NCBI GenBank assembly: GCA_963662585.1
Contig: OY759729.1
Coordinates: 2,688,001-2,752,000 of the forward strand
Length of the DNA stretch: 64,000 nt
Direction: 5' to 3'
Source of the DNA: Candidatus Cloacimonadales bacterium
GTDB lineage: Bacteria > Cloacimonadota > Cloacimonadia > Cloacimonadales > JAFGVF01
Within the stretch, counting starts at the first letter, position 1. Every line of letters starts with the position of its first letter. Below are positions 8,755 to 18,825 of this stretch, in pieces. Made by a program: the position numbers and the translations under genes. The notes under the pieces were generated by a model. The model was not told where the DNA came from. It searched no databases and saw nothing but the letters and a program-made list of their open reading frames with translations.

Positions 8755-10611
8755 ATGGGAATTACTGAAAAACAAGAGTTTTTACCTATATCGAAAAAGG
8801 ATATGTTGGCAAGAGGCTGGGATCAGCTTGATATAATTATTGTATCAGGCGATGCTTATGTAGATCATCCCAGTTTTGCTGCTTCCATTATTGGAAGGAG
8901 CTTGGAGGCTCGTGGTTATAAAGTAGGGATAATTTCACAACCAGATGTAACAAATACCAACGATATTAAGTCTTTAGGAGAACCACGATTAATGTGGGGA
9001 GTTACTTCAGGGAATATGGATTCAATGGTTAACCACTACACAGCCCAGAAAAAGTTGCGTTCAGATGATGCCTATACTCCTGATGGAAAGATAGGGATTA
9101 GGCCTGACAGGGCTGTAATTCGCTATACAAATTTAATCAAACAGATAAGTAAAGATAAACCAGTGATTATCGGAGGAATTGAAGCTTCTATGAGGCGAAT
9201 TTCTCACTATGATTATTGGAGTGATAAGGTCAGGAATTCTATTCTGATAGACTCTAAAGCTGAGATGTTAGTTTATGGAATGGGGGAGAAGATAATATTG
9301 GAAATCGCAGACAAGTTAAATGCTGGCTTTCCTATTGAATCATTACAAGATATTGAAGGGACTGTAATTGTTGTACCAGATCTTGATAAGGCAATTCCTT
9401 TTAAATGGCTTCCTGATGCTGATAAATGTTCTGATAAGAAGGAATTTCTAGAACTAACTAAAATTTTTCAAAGTAACTACTCTTCATCTGTAATATATCA
9501 AAAGTATGATAGAAGATTATTAAAGCACAATCCTCAACCCGAAAACTTCTCTACTCTCGAAATGGATCAAATTTATAATTTACCCTTTGTAAGAGAAGCT
9601 CATCCTATCTATCGGAATAAGAGCTTGAAAGCCTGGGAACAGATAAGAGATTCTATTACTGCCCATCGAGGCTGTGGAGGGGGATGTAATTTCTGTGCAA
9701 TAGGTTATCATCAAGGGAAAAAGATTAGTTCAAGAAGTCCAAAATCTATTATAACAGAAGTAGAAAAGCTAACTCAGAAAACATATTTCCATGGTACTAT
9801 AAGTGATGTAGGCGGACCTTCAGCTAATATGTATGGAATGGCATGTAAACTTCCTAAAGGCTTAGTTTGTAAGAGAAGTTCTTGTCTATATCCAGAAATA
9901 TGTCCTAACTTTGAATATAACCATGATGAATATTTGAATTTATTAGACAATGTCAGCAGAATCAATGGTGTTAATAATCTCTTTATAGCTTCAGGAATCA
10001 GGTTTGACCTTGCATTAAAATCACCAAGATTCATTAAAACTATTGCTAAGAAATATATTGGTGGGCATCTTAAACTAGCTCCTGAGCATACTGTTCCTAA
10101 AGTGCTAACTCTTATGAATAAACCAAATATAGGACTTTATGAAGACTTCTCTAAGCAATTTCTAGACTTTTCCCAAAAGGCTGATAAGAAGCAACAAATT
10201 ATTCCTTATATAATAGTTGGACACCCCGGAACTGATACCAACGATGCTATAAAGCTAGCCTTGTACTTGAAAAAACATAATTTAAAGTTAGAACAAGTGC
10301 AGGAATTCTATCCAACCCCTATGACTCCAAGCACAGCAATGTACTATACAGAACAAAATCTAACTGATGGTAAGGCAATATTTGTCGCAAAAGGAAGGAA
10401 TATTAGACTACAAAAAGCCTTAGTTCAATGGTTCATTCCAAGTAATAAAAAGTATGTTATTGAAGCCTTAAAATCAGTAGGAAAATTGAACCTGCTTGAC
10501 GAGTTCTATCCTAGTAGTAGGAAGAGTGAACCTGCAAGCTCTAAAGCAGATTCTAAATTCAAATCTAGGAAAAAAAGTAAATCTACCTACAGAAAGAGCA
10601 ATAAAATATAA
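8755..10611 (+). CDS. YgiQ (UPF0313) family radical SAM protein
   Basis: GDAYVDHPSF, GNMDSMVNHYT, GGIEASMRR, RGCGGGCNFC, SDVGGPSANMY, LKLAPEH, QVQEFYPTP. Confidence 0.92.
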   Translation: MGITEKQEFLPISKKDMLARGWDQLDIIIVSGDAYVDHPSFAASIIGRSLEARGYKVGIISQPDVTNTNDIKSLGEPRLMWGVTSGNMDSMVNHYTAQKKLRSDDAYTPDGKIGIRPDRAVIRYTNLIKQISKDKPVIIGGIEASMRRISHYDYWSDKVRNSILIDSKAEMLVYGMGEKIILEIADKLNAGFPIESLQDIEGTVIVVPDLDKAIPFKWLPDADKCSDKKEFLELTKIFQSNYSSSVIYQKYDRRLLKHNPQPENFSTLEMDQIYNLPFVREAHPIYRNKSLKAWEQIRDSITAHRGCGGGCNFCAIGYHQGKKISSRSPKSIITEVEKLTQKTYFHGTISDVGGPSANMYGMACKLPKGLVCKRSSCLYPEICPNFEYNHDEYLNLLDNVSRINGVNNLFIASGIRFDLALKSPRFIKTIAKKYIGGHLKLAPEHTVPKVLTLMNKPNIGLYEDFSKQFLDFSQKADKKQQIIPYIIVGHPGTDTNDAIKLALYLKKHNLKLEQVQEFYPTPMTPSTAMYYTEQNLTDGKAIFVAKGRNIRLQKALVQWFIPSNKKYVIEALKSVGKLNLLDEFYPSSRKSEPASSKADSKFKSRKKSKSTYRKSNKI

Positions 10612-11552
10612 AAACCCCCTTTTATTATCATTTTTAACAAAAGTTATCTTGATTTATTTGTTAGTAGTGAGGTAGATTTGCTAACCATCAAATGAATAAC
10701 TAACTATATATTTCTATATATTAAGAAGACAAAACAATTATCTTAATGCCTCAAATGTTCAATTTCCTGATTATGAGACTGTTCAGCCTAACTTATTGAA
10801 ATACAATCTTTATGTTTTCGGAAATCCCTAAAAACTGCACTTTTTTGTTTATAACCATAAGCTTCAATAATAGACTTTTTGTTTTAACTCAATCCCAAAT
10901 AAGGAAATAATCACTGCAGGATATTCTCTGTATTCTCCTCTTATTCTGAACTAGAACTTAGTATGTTTGCATAAAAGGCCAAGGATTATTTTGACAAGTA
11001 TACTAGGCAATTAAGAGGTGTTGACATCTAAGTATTTAACTAAATAAAGTACTACTTTAAAAGAGTTCTCAAAAAAAATATTAAAATTAAGGTAGCCATA
11101 CCCAATTCTTACTATTACTATAGCTTAATACGAAAGATAAGTATCATATTAATGAAAATACAATCTCTTAAGATGGTAAATAATACTGAATTAAGTGTTT
11201 TTATTAACATTCAATAAAAGTAAGATAATTATATATTGTCTTAATATCTTAAAATATTAATTTATATTTTTGTTAAAAGTAGGATTATATTTTTTTAAAT
11301 ACAAATAAATATAAGATGACTAACCCTGATCAAGTCATTTATAAATTTAAAACAAAAAAAAAATAATAATTTATGAAAATATTCTTGACAACTAATTTTG
11401 AAATAGATAAATTTGTAATAATTGTGATTGAGGAGAAGAAAATGAGTAACATCGCACATAAATATTTTTCATTTAATAATTATATTTATTTTGAGTGTAG
11501 GGGTTTTATGCTCAAATTTTCTTATGATGACTTACTAAATATTTACAAATTG

Positions 11553-11640
11553 TACTCTACTCTACTCTACTCTACTCTACTCTACTCTACTCTACTCTAC
11601 TCTACTCTACTCTACTCTACTCTACTCTACTCTACTCTAC
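11553..11640. repeat. Perfect pentanucleotide microsatellite (TACTC) x17.6
   Basis: 88 nt of uninterrupted TACTC, ending about 190 bp upstream of the ATG at 11827. Confidence 0.97.
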
Positions 11641-11826
11641 ATACCTTTTATGTTTATAAGCTCTATCAAATATTGTGTCGTTTCAAATACAGTACGAGAA
11701 AGGTTAAACGATTATTCGTTTAACCTTAAAGCCTGGATATGGAAACTTATAACGAAAGATTTTTAGCCCTTAATGATAAACATTAAGATGTTTGATTTGA
11801 TAACATTTTTATAAAGGAAACATAAA

Positions 11827-14547
11827 ATGAAGAAGATTTTAATAATGATATTGTTGATGGCATTGAGTTATCTTTACTCAGTTGATATATCTCTAAAAGT
11901 AAACGATCCAACAACGCAATACAATGATAGTAACTTTAGGACAATTAATGATGCAGTACAATATGCTTCAGTAAATTACAATGATACTCTTTACACAGTA
12001 AAAATTGATATATTTGAAAATCCTGAAATGATAAATAATCCTGTCTATGAAGATGGTGCTTATCGAGAAAATGTAGTTACATCAGGCTTGTGTGGATATG
12101 AGTTTTATTCAAGTGCACAAAATCAAATTATTATATATCCATTAGTACCCTACAATCCAGTTATATCCCTTTTAGGGGGAGGTGTTAAGACAATGAAAAT
12201 TAATAATTTTACTTTTCATAATGATAGTCAATACTTGCAAGAAAACAATGTAGGGATTTACATCAAATCTCCGAATACTGTTATTGATAACTGTCGATTC
12301 ATTACAGGTCTATATCGGAGCCCTTTTACTAATGATATAAAATTAGTACATGACAACCAAAATGAATCTTACGAGAAAGAGCTATTTGTAAATAACTGTC
12401 TATTTGATACTAGTATGGAAAGTTTAATAGATGTTCCTCAAATAGAATATCCAAGAATTTCATGTAGTCTTATTGGAGATAAAACTTATATAACTACTTA
12501 TACTTTTCATGGAATTAATAATCGATTTATTAGTACAGGACCAGCAGCATATTCTACAGGGGCTAGGAATATATATTGGGATAACAATTATAGTGAATTG
12601 CATTACTGCAATCCAAGTTTACCAACATTTTTATTTACAAACTGTGATTTTGGAAATGGAGTATACTGTACTAATAACACTTCAGAGATAGGTGGTTTTG
12701 AATTAGAGACTTCACCTAGATTCGAATCTTTAATTGTAGGTAATATCTATAAGGGGTTTAAATTTATAGTAAATCATCCTTCCGCACCCTATGGAACAGA
12801 ATCAAAGTTTGATAATAATGTAATTATTACTTCTGAAGATAGCAGATTTTCTAGATTTTTATATACATCAATTTTCTCAGATGAAATTAATAATAATAAC
12901 TTCCTGAATGAAGTGTATACTCAAGGTGATAGACATCAAGTTTTAGCCTTAAAGAGTGGTTATCAGATATATAATAATATATTTTCAAATTATCAATTAG
13001 AGCCGATAAATTTCGTCAATCAAGATAATATTGTCGGTAATATGTTCAATAATTGCCCCCATACAGATTTTGATGACTTAAATATTACTGGTGAACCTGT
13101 TTTTACCGACTATGATGCTTTAGACTTTTCACTTGTATGGCCTACTCCGGCAATTGGAAATGGCTATTCGTCAATATATGATGATCAGTCTGACTCAGTG
13201 TATGATATGAAACTACTCACCTATCAAGATGATACTATAGATATTGGGGCAATACCATTTGACCAAGATAGAAAACAATATCATCATTTTGAAGAAGGAT
13301 CTACTACCCAGAACTGGACAGTTTTCCCAGCTTTAGATAAAGTGAATGAAGCTACCATGCTATATGGTGGCATTACCCAGACTGTGTCTAACAATAATAT
13401 GATTGTGATGTTTAAAGATTTACATGATCAGTGGGGCAATTATGCATCAGTTGGTTATCTAGATTGGAATGAGGATAATGATTATGTGCCTCACTTTTTC
13501 AATTGGATGAGCCAAGAAGACCCAGAAAAACTAATAGAACCTTATCTTGGATATAAAATAACCGCTCAGAATGATTTTGATCATTGGTTCGGTGGACTTC
13601 TACAAGATCCTGATGTGGATATACCACTTCCAGAAACCTCAAATGAGATATGGTTAGGTTACCATGTTCCTTTTACTTCAGACGCATTAGTTGCTTTTTA
13701 CGAAATATTAGGAAGCTTACAAACTATTAAGCATAAAGATTGGGCATTATATTGGAATGGAACTAAATGGACTGGGAAAACATCTACTGGTAATACCAAT
13801 CTTGAAATAGGTGATTTTGTTGTGATTGAATATCGTAGCGATGCAAATCCTCCCACTTCCTTTAATTGGACATACCCTGCCTATAGCAATCCAAATTCAT
13901 TTAGATATCAAGATGCTACTTATGTTTCCTATGAAGAAAAGAGTGATTATTCACCATTCTTTGTTGATATTGATGAAAATTCAAATATCGAAGAAATTGT
14001 TCTCTATGCCAATGATGAATGCATTGGTGGGGCTAAGACTCAAGGTGAAACTACAGTCATGGTAAAAGCTTTTATGGAAGACCTTCCTAATGATTGTGAA
14101 ATTTCTGTTGTAACTTTTACAGGTGCTAAATCATCTAAAAAAGCTAATCAAATCTCTGAATACAACCCTAATTTACAGGTATGGGATATGGTAAGTAATA
14201 TTATTAAAGATAACAGAAGTGCATATCATGTCTCTCTCAGAAAAGATAATAATTCTATCCTAGAGACAAATAATATTGTTACTACAAACTACCCAAATCC
14301 CTTCAATCCAGAAACAACAATAGAATTTAACAATCCTCTTCAGGGTCAAGTGAATATTAATATCTATAACTTGAAAGGACAGCTGGTAAAAAATCTATTA
14401 CAAGATAATTTAACACAAGGTGTTCATAAAGTTATTTGGCAGGGAAGAGATAGTAATGATAAGCAAGTAGCAAGTGGTGTTTATTTTTACAAAATCTCAA
14501 GTGGGAATAAGCAAAGTGTTACTAAGAAAATAATCTTAATGAAATAG
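11827..14547 (+). CDS. Secreted beta-helix-like protein with FlgD-Ig/T9SS-like C-terminal domain
   Basis: Signal peptide MKKILIMILLMALSYLYS; TINDAV and DIGA beta-helix caps; C-terminal YPNPFNPETT...SGVYFYK...KKIILMK. Confidence 0.8.
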   Translation: MKKILIMILLMALSYLYSVDISLKVNDPTTQYNDSNFRTINDAVQYASVNYNDTLYTVKIDIFENPEMINNPVYEDGAYRENVVTSGLCGYEFYSSAQNQIIIYPLVPYNPVISLLGGGVKTMKINNFTFHNDSQYLQENNVGIYIKSPNTVIDNCRFITGLYRSPFTNDIKLVHDNQNESYEKELFVNNCLFDTSMESLIDVPQIEYPRISCSLIGDKTYITTYTFHGINNRFISTGPAAYSTGARNIYWDNNYSELHYCNPSLPTFLFTNCDFGNGVYCTNNTSEIGGFELETSPRFESLIVGNIYKGFKFIVNHPSAPYGTESKFDNNVIITSEDSRFSRFLYTSIFSDEINNNNFLNEVYTQGDRHQVLALKSGYQIYNNIFSNYQLEPINFVNQDNIVGNMFNNCPHTDFDDLNITGEPVFTDYDALDFSLVWPTPAIGNGYSSIYDDQSDSVYDMKLLTYQDDTIDIGAIPFDQDRKQYHHFEEGSTTQNWTVFPALDKVNEATMLYGGITQTVSNNNMIVMFKDLHDQWGNYASVGYLDWNEDNDYVPHFFNWMSQEDPEKLIEPYLGYKITAQNDFDHWFGGLLQDPDVDIPLPETSNEIWLGYHVPFTSDALVAFYEILGSLQTIKHKDWALYWNGTKWTGKTSTGNTNLEIGDFVVIEYRSDANPPTSFNWTYPAYSNPNSFRYQDATYVSYEEKSDYSPFFVDIDENSNIEEIVLYANDECIGGAKTQGETTVMVKAFMEDLPNDCEISVVTFTGAKSSKKANQISEYNPNLQVWDMVSNIIKDNRSAYHVSLRKDNNSILETNNIVTTNYPNPFNPETTIEFNNPLQGQVNINIYNLKGQLVKNLLQDNLTQGVHKVIWQGRDSNDKQVASGVYFYKISSGNKQSVTKKIILMK

Positions 14548-14554
14548 AAATTGA

Positions 14555-14646
14555 AAACACCCCCTGTGTCCCCCTCGCGGAGGGGGATGTGTGGGGTGAA
14601 ACCTGCTTTCTTAATATCCCCCTCTGAGAGGGGGACTAAGGGGGTG
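14555..14646. repeat. Inverted doublet of the C5/G5 REP-like repeat
   Basis: AAACACCCCCTGTGTCCCCCTCGCGGAGGGGGAT followed by the oppositely oriented ATCCCCCTCTGAGAGGGGGACTAAGGGGGTG; same family at 17081, 17362 and 38564-38745. Confidence 0.85.
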
Positions 14647-14679
14647 GAACAATAAAACGAAAAAGCAAAGGACAGATAA

Positions 14680-17076
14680 ATGCACAAAATGCTCATACTC
14701 ATATTAATGTTAATTACTTTTAATTTACATGCTTTGTTAGAAGTCTCTTTAGATGGAACAAAGCCCTATACTGAGATCCAAACAGCAGTTAATAGTGCTG
14801 AAGTAGGTGACACAGTTTTAGTATATCCCGGAACTTATTTTGAAAACATAGATTTAAGTAATACTCATAATATTAGCCTAATATCCCTGGAAGCAGTTAC
14901 TGATGATACTACTTATGTCTCAGCTACAACTATCAATGGTTCTCTTAATCAAAATAGTGTAATTATCTGTAATGGGAATAACACCAACTTTTTAGTTAGG
15001 GGATTTACCATAACTGGTGGTTCAGGTATGCAAGGTAATGTGTATTCTCTTGGTGGTGGAGTCTTAGTTGTTGCTGGTAATATGAATTTGGTTAATTCTA
15101 TTGTTAAGTATAATTCTGCTGATAGAGGAGGGGGGGTGATAATCTTTCCTACAGTTAGCTTATATCTTAGTGGGACCATTATCAGAAATAATTTAGCTTA
15201 TGACTCAGGTGGGGGATTACAAGTAGCCAGTAGTTATGATGAACAACCAAGTATTGTTTTTGATCGAGAAAACAGGTCTTCTATCTATGATAATTATGCT
15301 AGTTTAGGAAGTGACATCCATTGGTACAATCATAATGGAGGCAACTGCGATGTATATTTAAAGAAATTTACTGTTAGTGAATATGAGTTCTATTATGCCA
15401 GTTATTTTGATCCTAATGGAGGCTATTTAGATATTGGTTATAATCCTTATTATGTTTTTGATATTGAAGAAGGAGTTCATGAACAAGTAGATGCTGATTT
15501 ATATGTATCAATGACTGGTGATGATAATAATAGCGGTTTAACTCCTGAGCAAGCCTTACGCTCTACTTATAGGGCTTTTCAGATAATAAAAAGTAATCAT
15601 GATAACCAACGGACAGTCCATTTACCTACCGGAAATTACAGTAATTGTGCTAATGGTTATGAAAATCTTCCCATCACGGTCAAGAGTAATACTACTTTGA
15701 AAGGAGTTTCGGCTGAGGAGACTATTATTGATGCAGAAGATATGAAAGTTGTCTGGTATACTGGGGTTATAAATGCTTCAATGACAGGGGAAAATATTAC
15801 TATCAAAAACATGTCTTTACAAAACAGGACAGGATGTGTTCTCAGATCTGCAGCAGTAATGAACTTGAGAATAGAAAACATCATAATTGACAATTGTCAA
15901 AATATCGATACTTGGGATAGTCCACTACTTTTAGGAAGTGTAGCCTATTCGTCTGTTCACATGAAAGATGTACTAATTAAAAATGGTATTTCTGACCTGT
16001 TTGAAGCTGTTGGATATGTAGAAGGTATTGATGTTACTTTAGATAATGTAATCATAAAGGATAATAGTAATACTCATAATAGTGATGCTGGAATTGTCGG
16101 AACATTTCAAGTTTATGCAAAAAATCTGTTATCTGTAAAAAATAGCCAATTTATTAATAACCATAGTTCTATTCAGAATTTTGGTGGTTCTAACATTAGA
16201 TTCTATTCACAGTCAGACTCACTTTATACTATTATTGACAATTGCATATTTGCAAATAATAGTGATGGGAGTTCTTCTAGAAATATTCATTCGTATAGTA
16301 ATAAGGTATTGGTTAATAATTGCACTTTCTCAAATAATACTGGTGGCATGGATTATACAACAACCTTAAGTGCTTTAGAATCAATAGAAGTATATAATAC
16401 AATTTTTTATGCTAATTCTCAAAACTATGCTATCAAATATGGACCTGGTACTATTGAGATTGATAATTGTTTATTTAGTAATGATTCAGATAATATTATT
16501 TATACCTCCAGTGGTGGTCCTTCAAATATTGGAGAAAACAATCTCTACGAAACTAATCCTCTTTTTGTAGGAGGAGACCCTGCGATAAATTCCTATTATC
16601 AGCTATCAGGTGATGAAGTTAATGGATACTCTCCAGCGATTGATGCCGGTACTGATGATTTTTCTTTTATGCCTGATTGGTATGAAGTAAGTGAGTTTGA
16701 TTTATATGGAACTCCTAGAATTTTTGGTGATAGAGTAGATTTAGGTTGTTATGAATATCCTGGATATACCAATAACCATAATAGCGAAATAGTTTTAAAT
16801 AATCTTACTGCTATTAATTATCCAAATCCCTTTAATCCTGAAACAACCATAGAATTTAACAATCCTCTTCAGGGTCAAGTAAATATTAATATCTACAACT
16901 TAAAAGGGCAGCTGGTAAAAAATCTATTTAAGGATAACTTGAGTCAAGGCGTTCATAAAGTTATCTGGCAGGGAAGAGATAGCAATGATAAGCAAGTATC
17001 AAGTGGTGTCTATTTTTACAAAATCTCAAGTGGGAATAGAGATTCAGTAACTAAGAAGATAATATTGATGAAATAA
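14680..17076 (+). CDS. Secreted right-handed beta-helix (DUF1565-like) protein with FlgD-Ig/T9SS-like C-terminal domain
   Basis: Signal peptide; YTEIQTAVN..GDTVLVYPGTYFEN; LYVSMTGDDNNSG; SPAIDAG..DLYGTPRI..VDLGCYEY; YPNPFNPETT C-terminal domain. Confidence 0.85.
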   Translation: MHKMLILILMLITFNLHALLEVSLDGTKPYTEIQTAVNSAEVGDTVLVYPGTYFENIDLSNTHNISLISLEAVTDDTTYVSATTINGSLNQNSVIICNGNNTNFLVRGFTITGGSGMQGNVYSLGGGVLVVAGNMNLVNSIVKYNSADRGGGVIIFPTVSLYLSGTIIRNNLAYDSGGGLQVASSYDEQPSIVFDRENRSSIYDNYASLGSDIHWYNHNGGNCDVYLKKFTVSEYEFYYASYFDPNGGYLDIGYNPYYVFDIEEGVHEQVDADLYVSMTGDDNNSGLTPEQALRSTYRAFQIIKSNHDNQRTVHLPTGNYSNCANGYENLPITVKSNTTLKGVSAEETIIDAEDMKVVWYTGVINASMTGENITIKNMSLQNRTGCVLRSAAVMNLRIENIIIDNCQNIDTWDSPLLLGSVAYSSVHMKDVLIKNGISDLFEAVGYVEGIDVTLDNVIIKDNSNTHNSDAGIVGTFQVYAKNLLSVKNSQFINNHSSIQNFGGSNIRFYSQSDSLYTIIDNCIFANNSDGSSSRNIHSYSNKVLVNNCTFSNNTGGMDYTTTLSALESIEVYNTIFYANSQNYAIKYGPGTIEIDNCLFSNDSDNIIYTSSGGPSNIGENNLYETNPLFVGGDPAINSYYQLSGDEVNGYSPAIDAGTDDFSFMPDWYEVSEFDLYGTPRIFGDRVDLGCYEYPGYTNNHNSEIVLNNLTAINYPNPFNPETTIEFNNPLQGQVNINIYNLKGQLVKNLFKDNLSQGVHKVIWQGRDSNDKQVSSGVYFYKISSGNRDSVTKKIILMK

Positions 17077-17080
17077 AGTT

Positions 17081-17381
17081 GAAACACCCCCTTAGTCCGT
17101 GAATCTTAAATTATGGAATGGAAGCGTCCCTGCTTCCATCAGGCTGTATTTCAGCCTGCTCTTATCTTTTCTGGCGACACGGAGGTCCCCAGTCCATAGG
17201 CCCCTGCTTCCATTAACTGGGGTTACGGACATTTAGTCCGTGAATCTTAAATTATGGAATGGAAGCGTCCCTGCTTCCATCAGGCTGTATTTCAGCCTGC
17301 TCTTATCTTTTCTGGCGACACGGAGGTCCCCAGTCCATAGGCCCCTGCTTCCATTCCATAGGAAACACCCCCCGTGTCCCT
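17081..17381. repeat. REP-like stack containing a 123-bp exact direct duplication
   Basis: 17092-17214 = 17233-17355 with an 18-nt spacer. Contains ATGGAAGCGTCCCTGCTTCCAT and CAGGCTG/CAGCCTG hairpins; flanked by GAAACACCCCC arms. Confidence 0.9.
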
Positions 17382-17583
17382 CTTGAAGCTTCCAACAAAG
17401 GCTATGGAAGGGGATATTAGTTGTTGAATCGGAACAAATATATCTTTTCTTAACTTATGTCTGGTTTTTTAGAAAATTTAGCAGAAAGAGCAATAAAAGA
17501 TAAAAATCTAATTGACACAATTATAGTTTATTCAATTAATGATATAAAATTAAATATATATGATAAAATATCCGGAGTAGCAA

Positions 17584-18777
17584 ATGTTAAGAGTATTATT
17601 AGCCGTATTTCTGTTATCTACTACAGTGGTCATGACCGGATACCAGTCCTCTCCAGATGATGAAATTACTCTTAAAGAGAATGAGTTAAAATCTAAGAAA
17701 AAAGAGATTGATTCTTTAGAGAAAGATATTAAAAGATTACAGGCTGAAGAGAATGCTCTAAAAAGTAATAGATCTCTCACTAGTAAAGAAAAAGAGATAA
17801 AGAGTAGAAAACTAAAACAATTGATTAAAGATAAAACTTATTTGAAGAATAATCTTCAATGGTTGGTGAGTCAAGCTGGGAATGTGGAAGATAATCTTTC
17901 CCAAAAAAGAGAAGAGTCTCAGCAGACTAAAGCTAATTTTGAAACTTTAAAAAATAGCTATGAAAAAGAATTCATAGATCTCTTTATCCTTAATATTCCT
18001 AATGATAATAATGATCTTATTCGTAAAAAAATTCTCCTAAAATCTCTAATGGCATATCAAGAAGATGAAATTTTTGATCTTGATACTGACTATTTAATAA
18101 CTGAAAATATTATTGTCCAGAATGAGAGTAAATTATCAAATATCAATGATAAAATTGAATCCAAACAGAAACAACAGGACGAAGTTGATCAAGAGTATTC
18201 TGAGTATAAACAGATAACTGATGAGTTAGAAAGTAAAATTGCCAGTCTAAGTGATAAAGAAGCTAAGGTTTTAAAACAAAGAAAAGAACTTCTAGCAGAG
18301 AAAGAAAGATTGGAAAGAGACGCAGCTGAACTAGAACTGTTTATAGATGAATTAATAAAAGGTAAGAGTGATATTGACGCCTCTAAATTAGTAAATAATA
18401 TTTTGATAAAAAGACCTTGTCAAGGAAACATAATTAAAGAATTTGGTGCTAAACTGAATCAACTTTCAAAAGTAACTAATAAGGGAATAGAGATTAATGC
18501 TACTCCTGGTAGTCCGATAGAAGCAGTTTATTCAGGTGAAGTTATCTTTAGTGGATTAGTTAGATCTCGGGGACAGCTAGCGATAATAGACCATTTAAAT
18601 GGCTTTGTTTCTGTCTATGCTAATAATAGTTCTTTAAAAGTTAAAAAAGGTGATCAAGTTCAACAGGGTGATGTGATTGGGATTTCCGGTACGGACTCTG
18701 ATGGGCGTCCAGTAGTATATTTTGAACTTAGAAAGAGTAATATTCCTGTAAATCCAAAGATTTATTTTAAGAATTAA
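17584..18777 (+). CDS. EnvC-like murein hydrolase activator (coiled coil plus degenerate M23 domain)
   Basis: Signal peptide and long coiled coil. M23 fold with Zn ligands lost (NKGIEI, SVYAN, VYFELR). Confidence 0.8.
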   Translation: MLRVLLAVFLLSTTVVMTGYQSSPDDEITLKENELKSKKKEIDSLEKDIKRLQAEENALKSNRSLTSKEKEIKSRKLKQLIKDKTYLKNNLQWLVSQAGNVEDNLSQKREESQQTKANFETLKNSYEKEFIDLFILNIPNDNNDLIRKKILLKSLMAYQEDEIFDLDTDYLITENIIVQNESKLSNINDKIESKQKQQDEVDQEYSEYKQITDELESKIASLSDKEAKVLKQRKELLAEKERLERDAAELELFIDELIKGKSDIDASKLVNNILIKRPCQGNIIKEFGAKLNQLSKVTNKGIEINATPGSPIEAVYSGEVIFSGLVRSRGQLAIIDHLNGFVSVYANNSSLKVKKGDQVQQGDVIGISGTDSDGRPVVYFELRKSNIPVNPKIYFKN

Positions 18778-18825
18778 TAATTAAAGAGATAAGAACACAG
18801 ATGATATAAAAATTTGGGAGCAAAA

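Noticed and set aside
11373..11723. 116-aa ORF with YSTLL repeats as a real protein
   Set aside because: The peptide repeat is simply the (TACTC)n tract; there is no RBS at the listed start and no domain. A shorter leader-peptide role is not excluded.
17457..17660. 67-aa ORF upstream of the envC-like gene
   Set aside because: It overlaps the promoter-like region and the start of the envC-like gene, with no RBS or motif.
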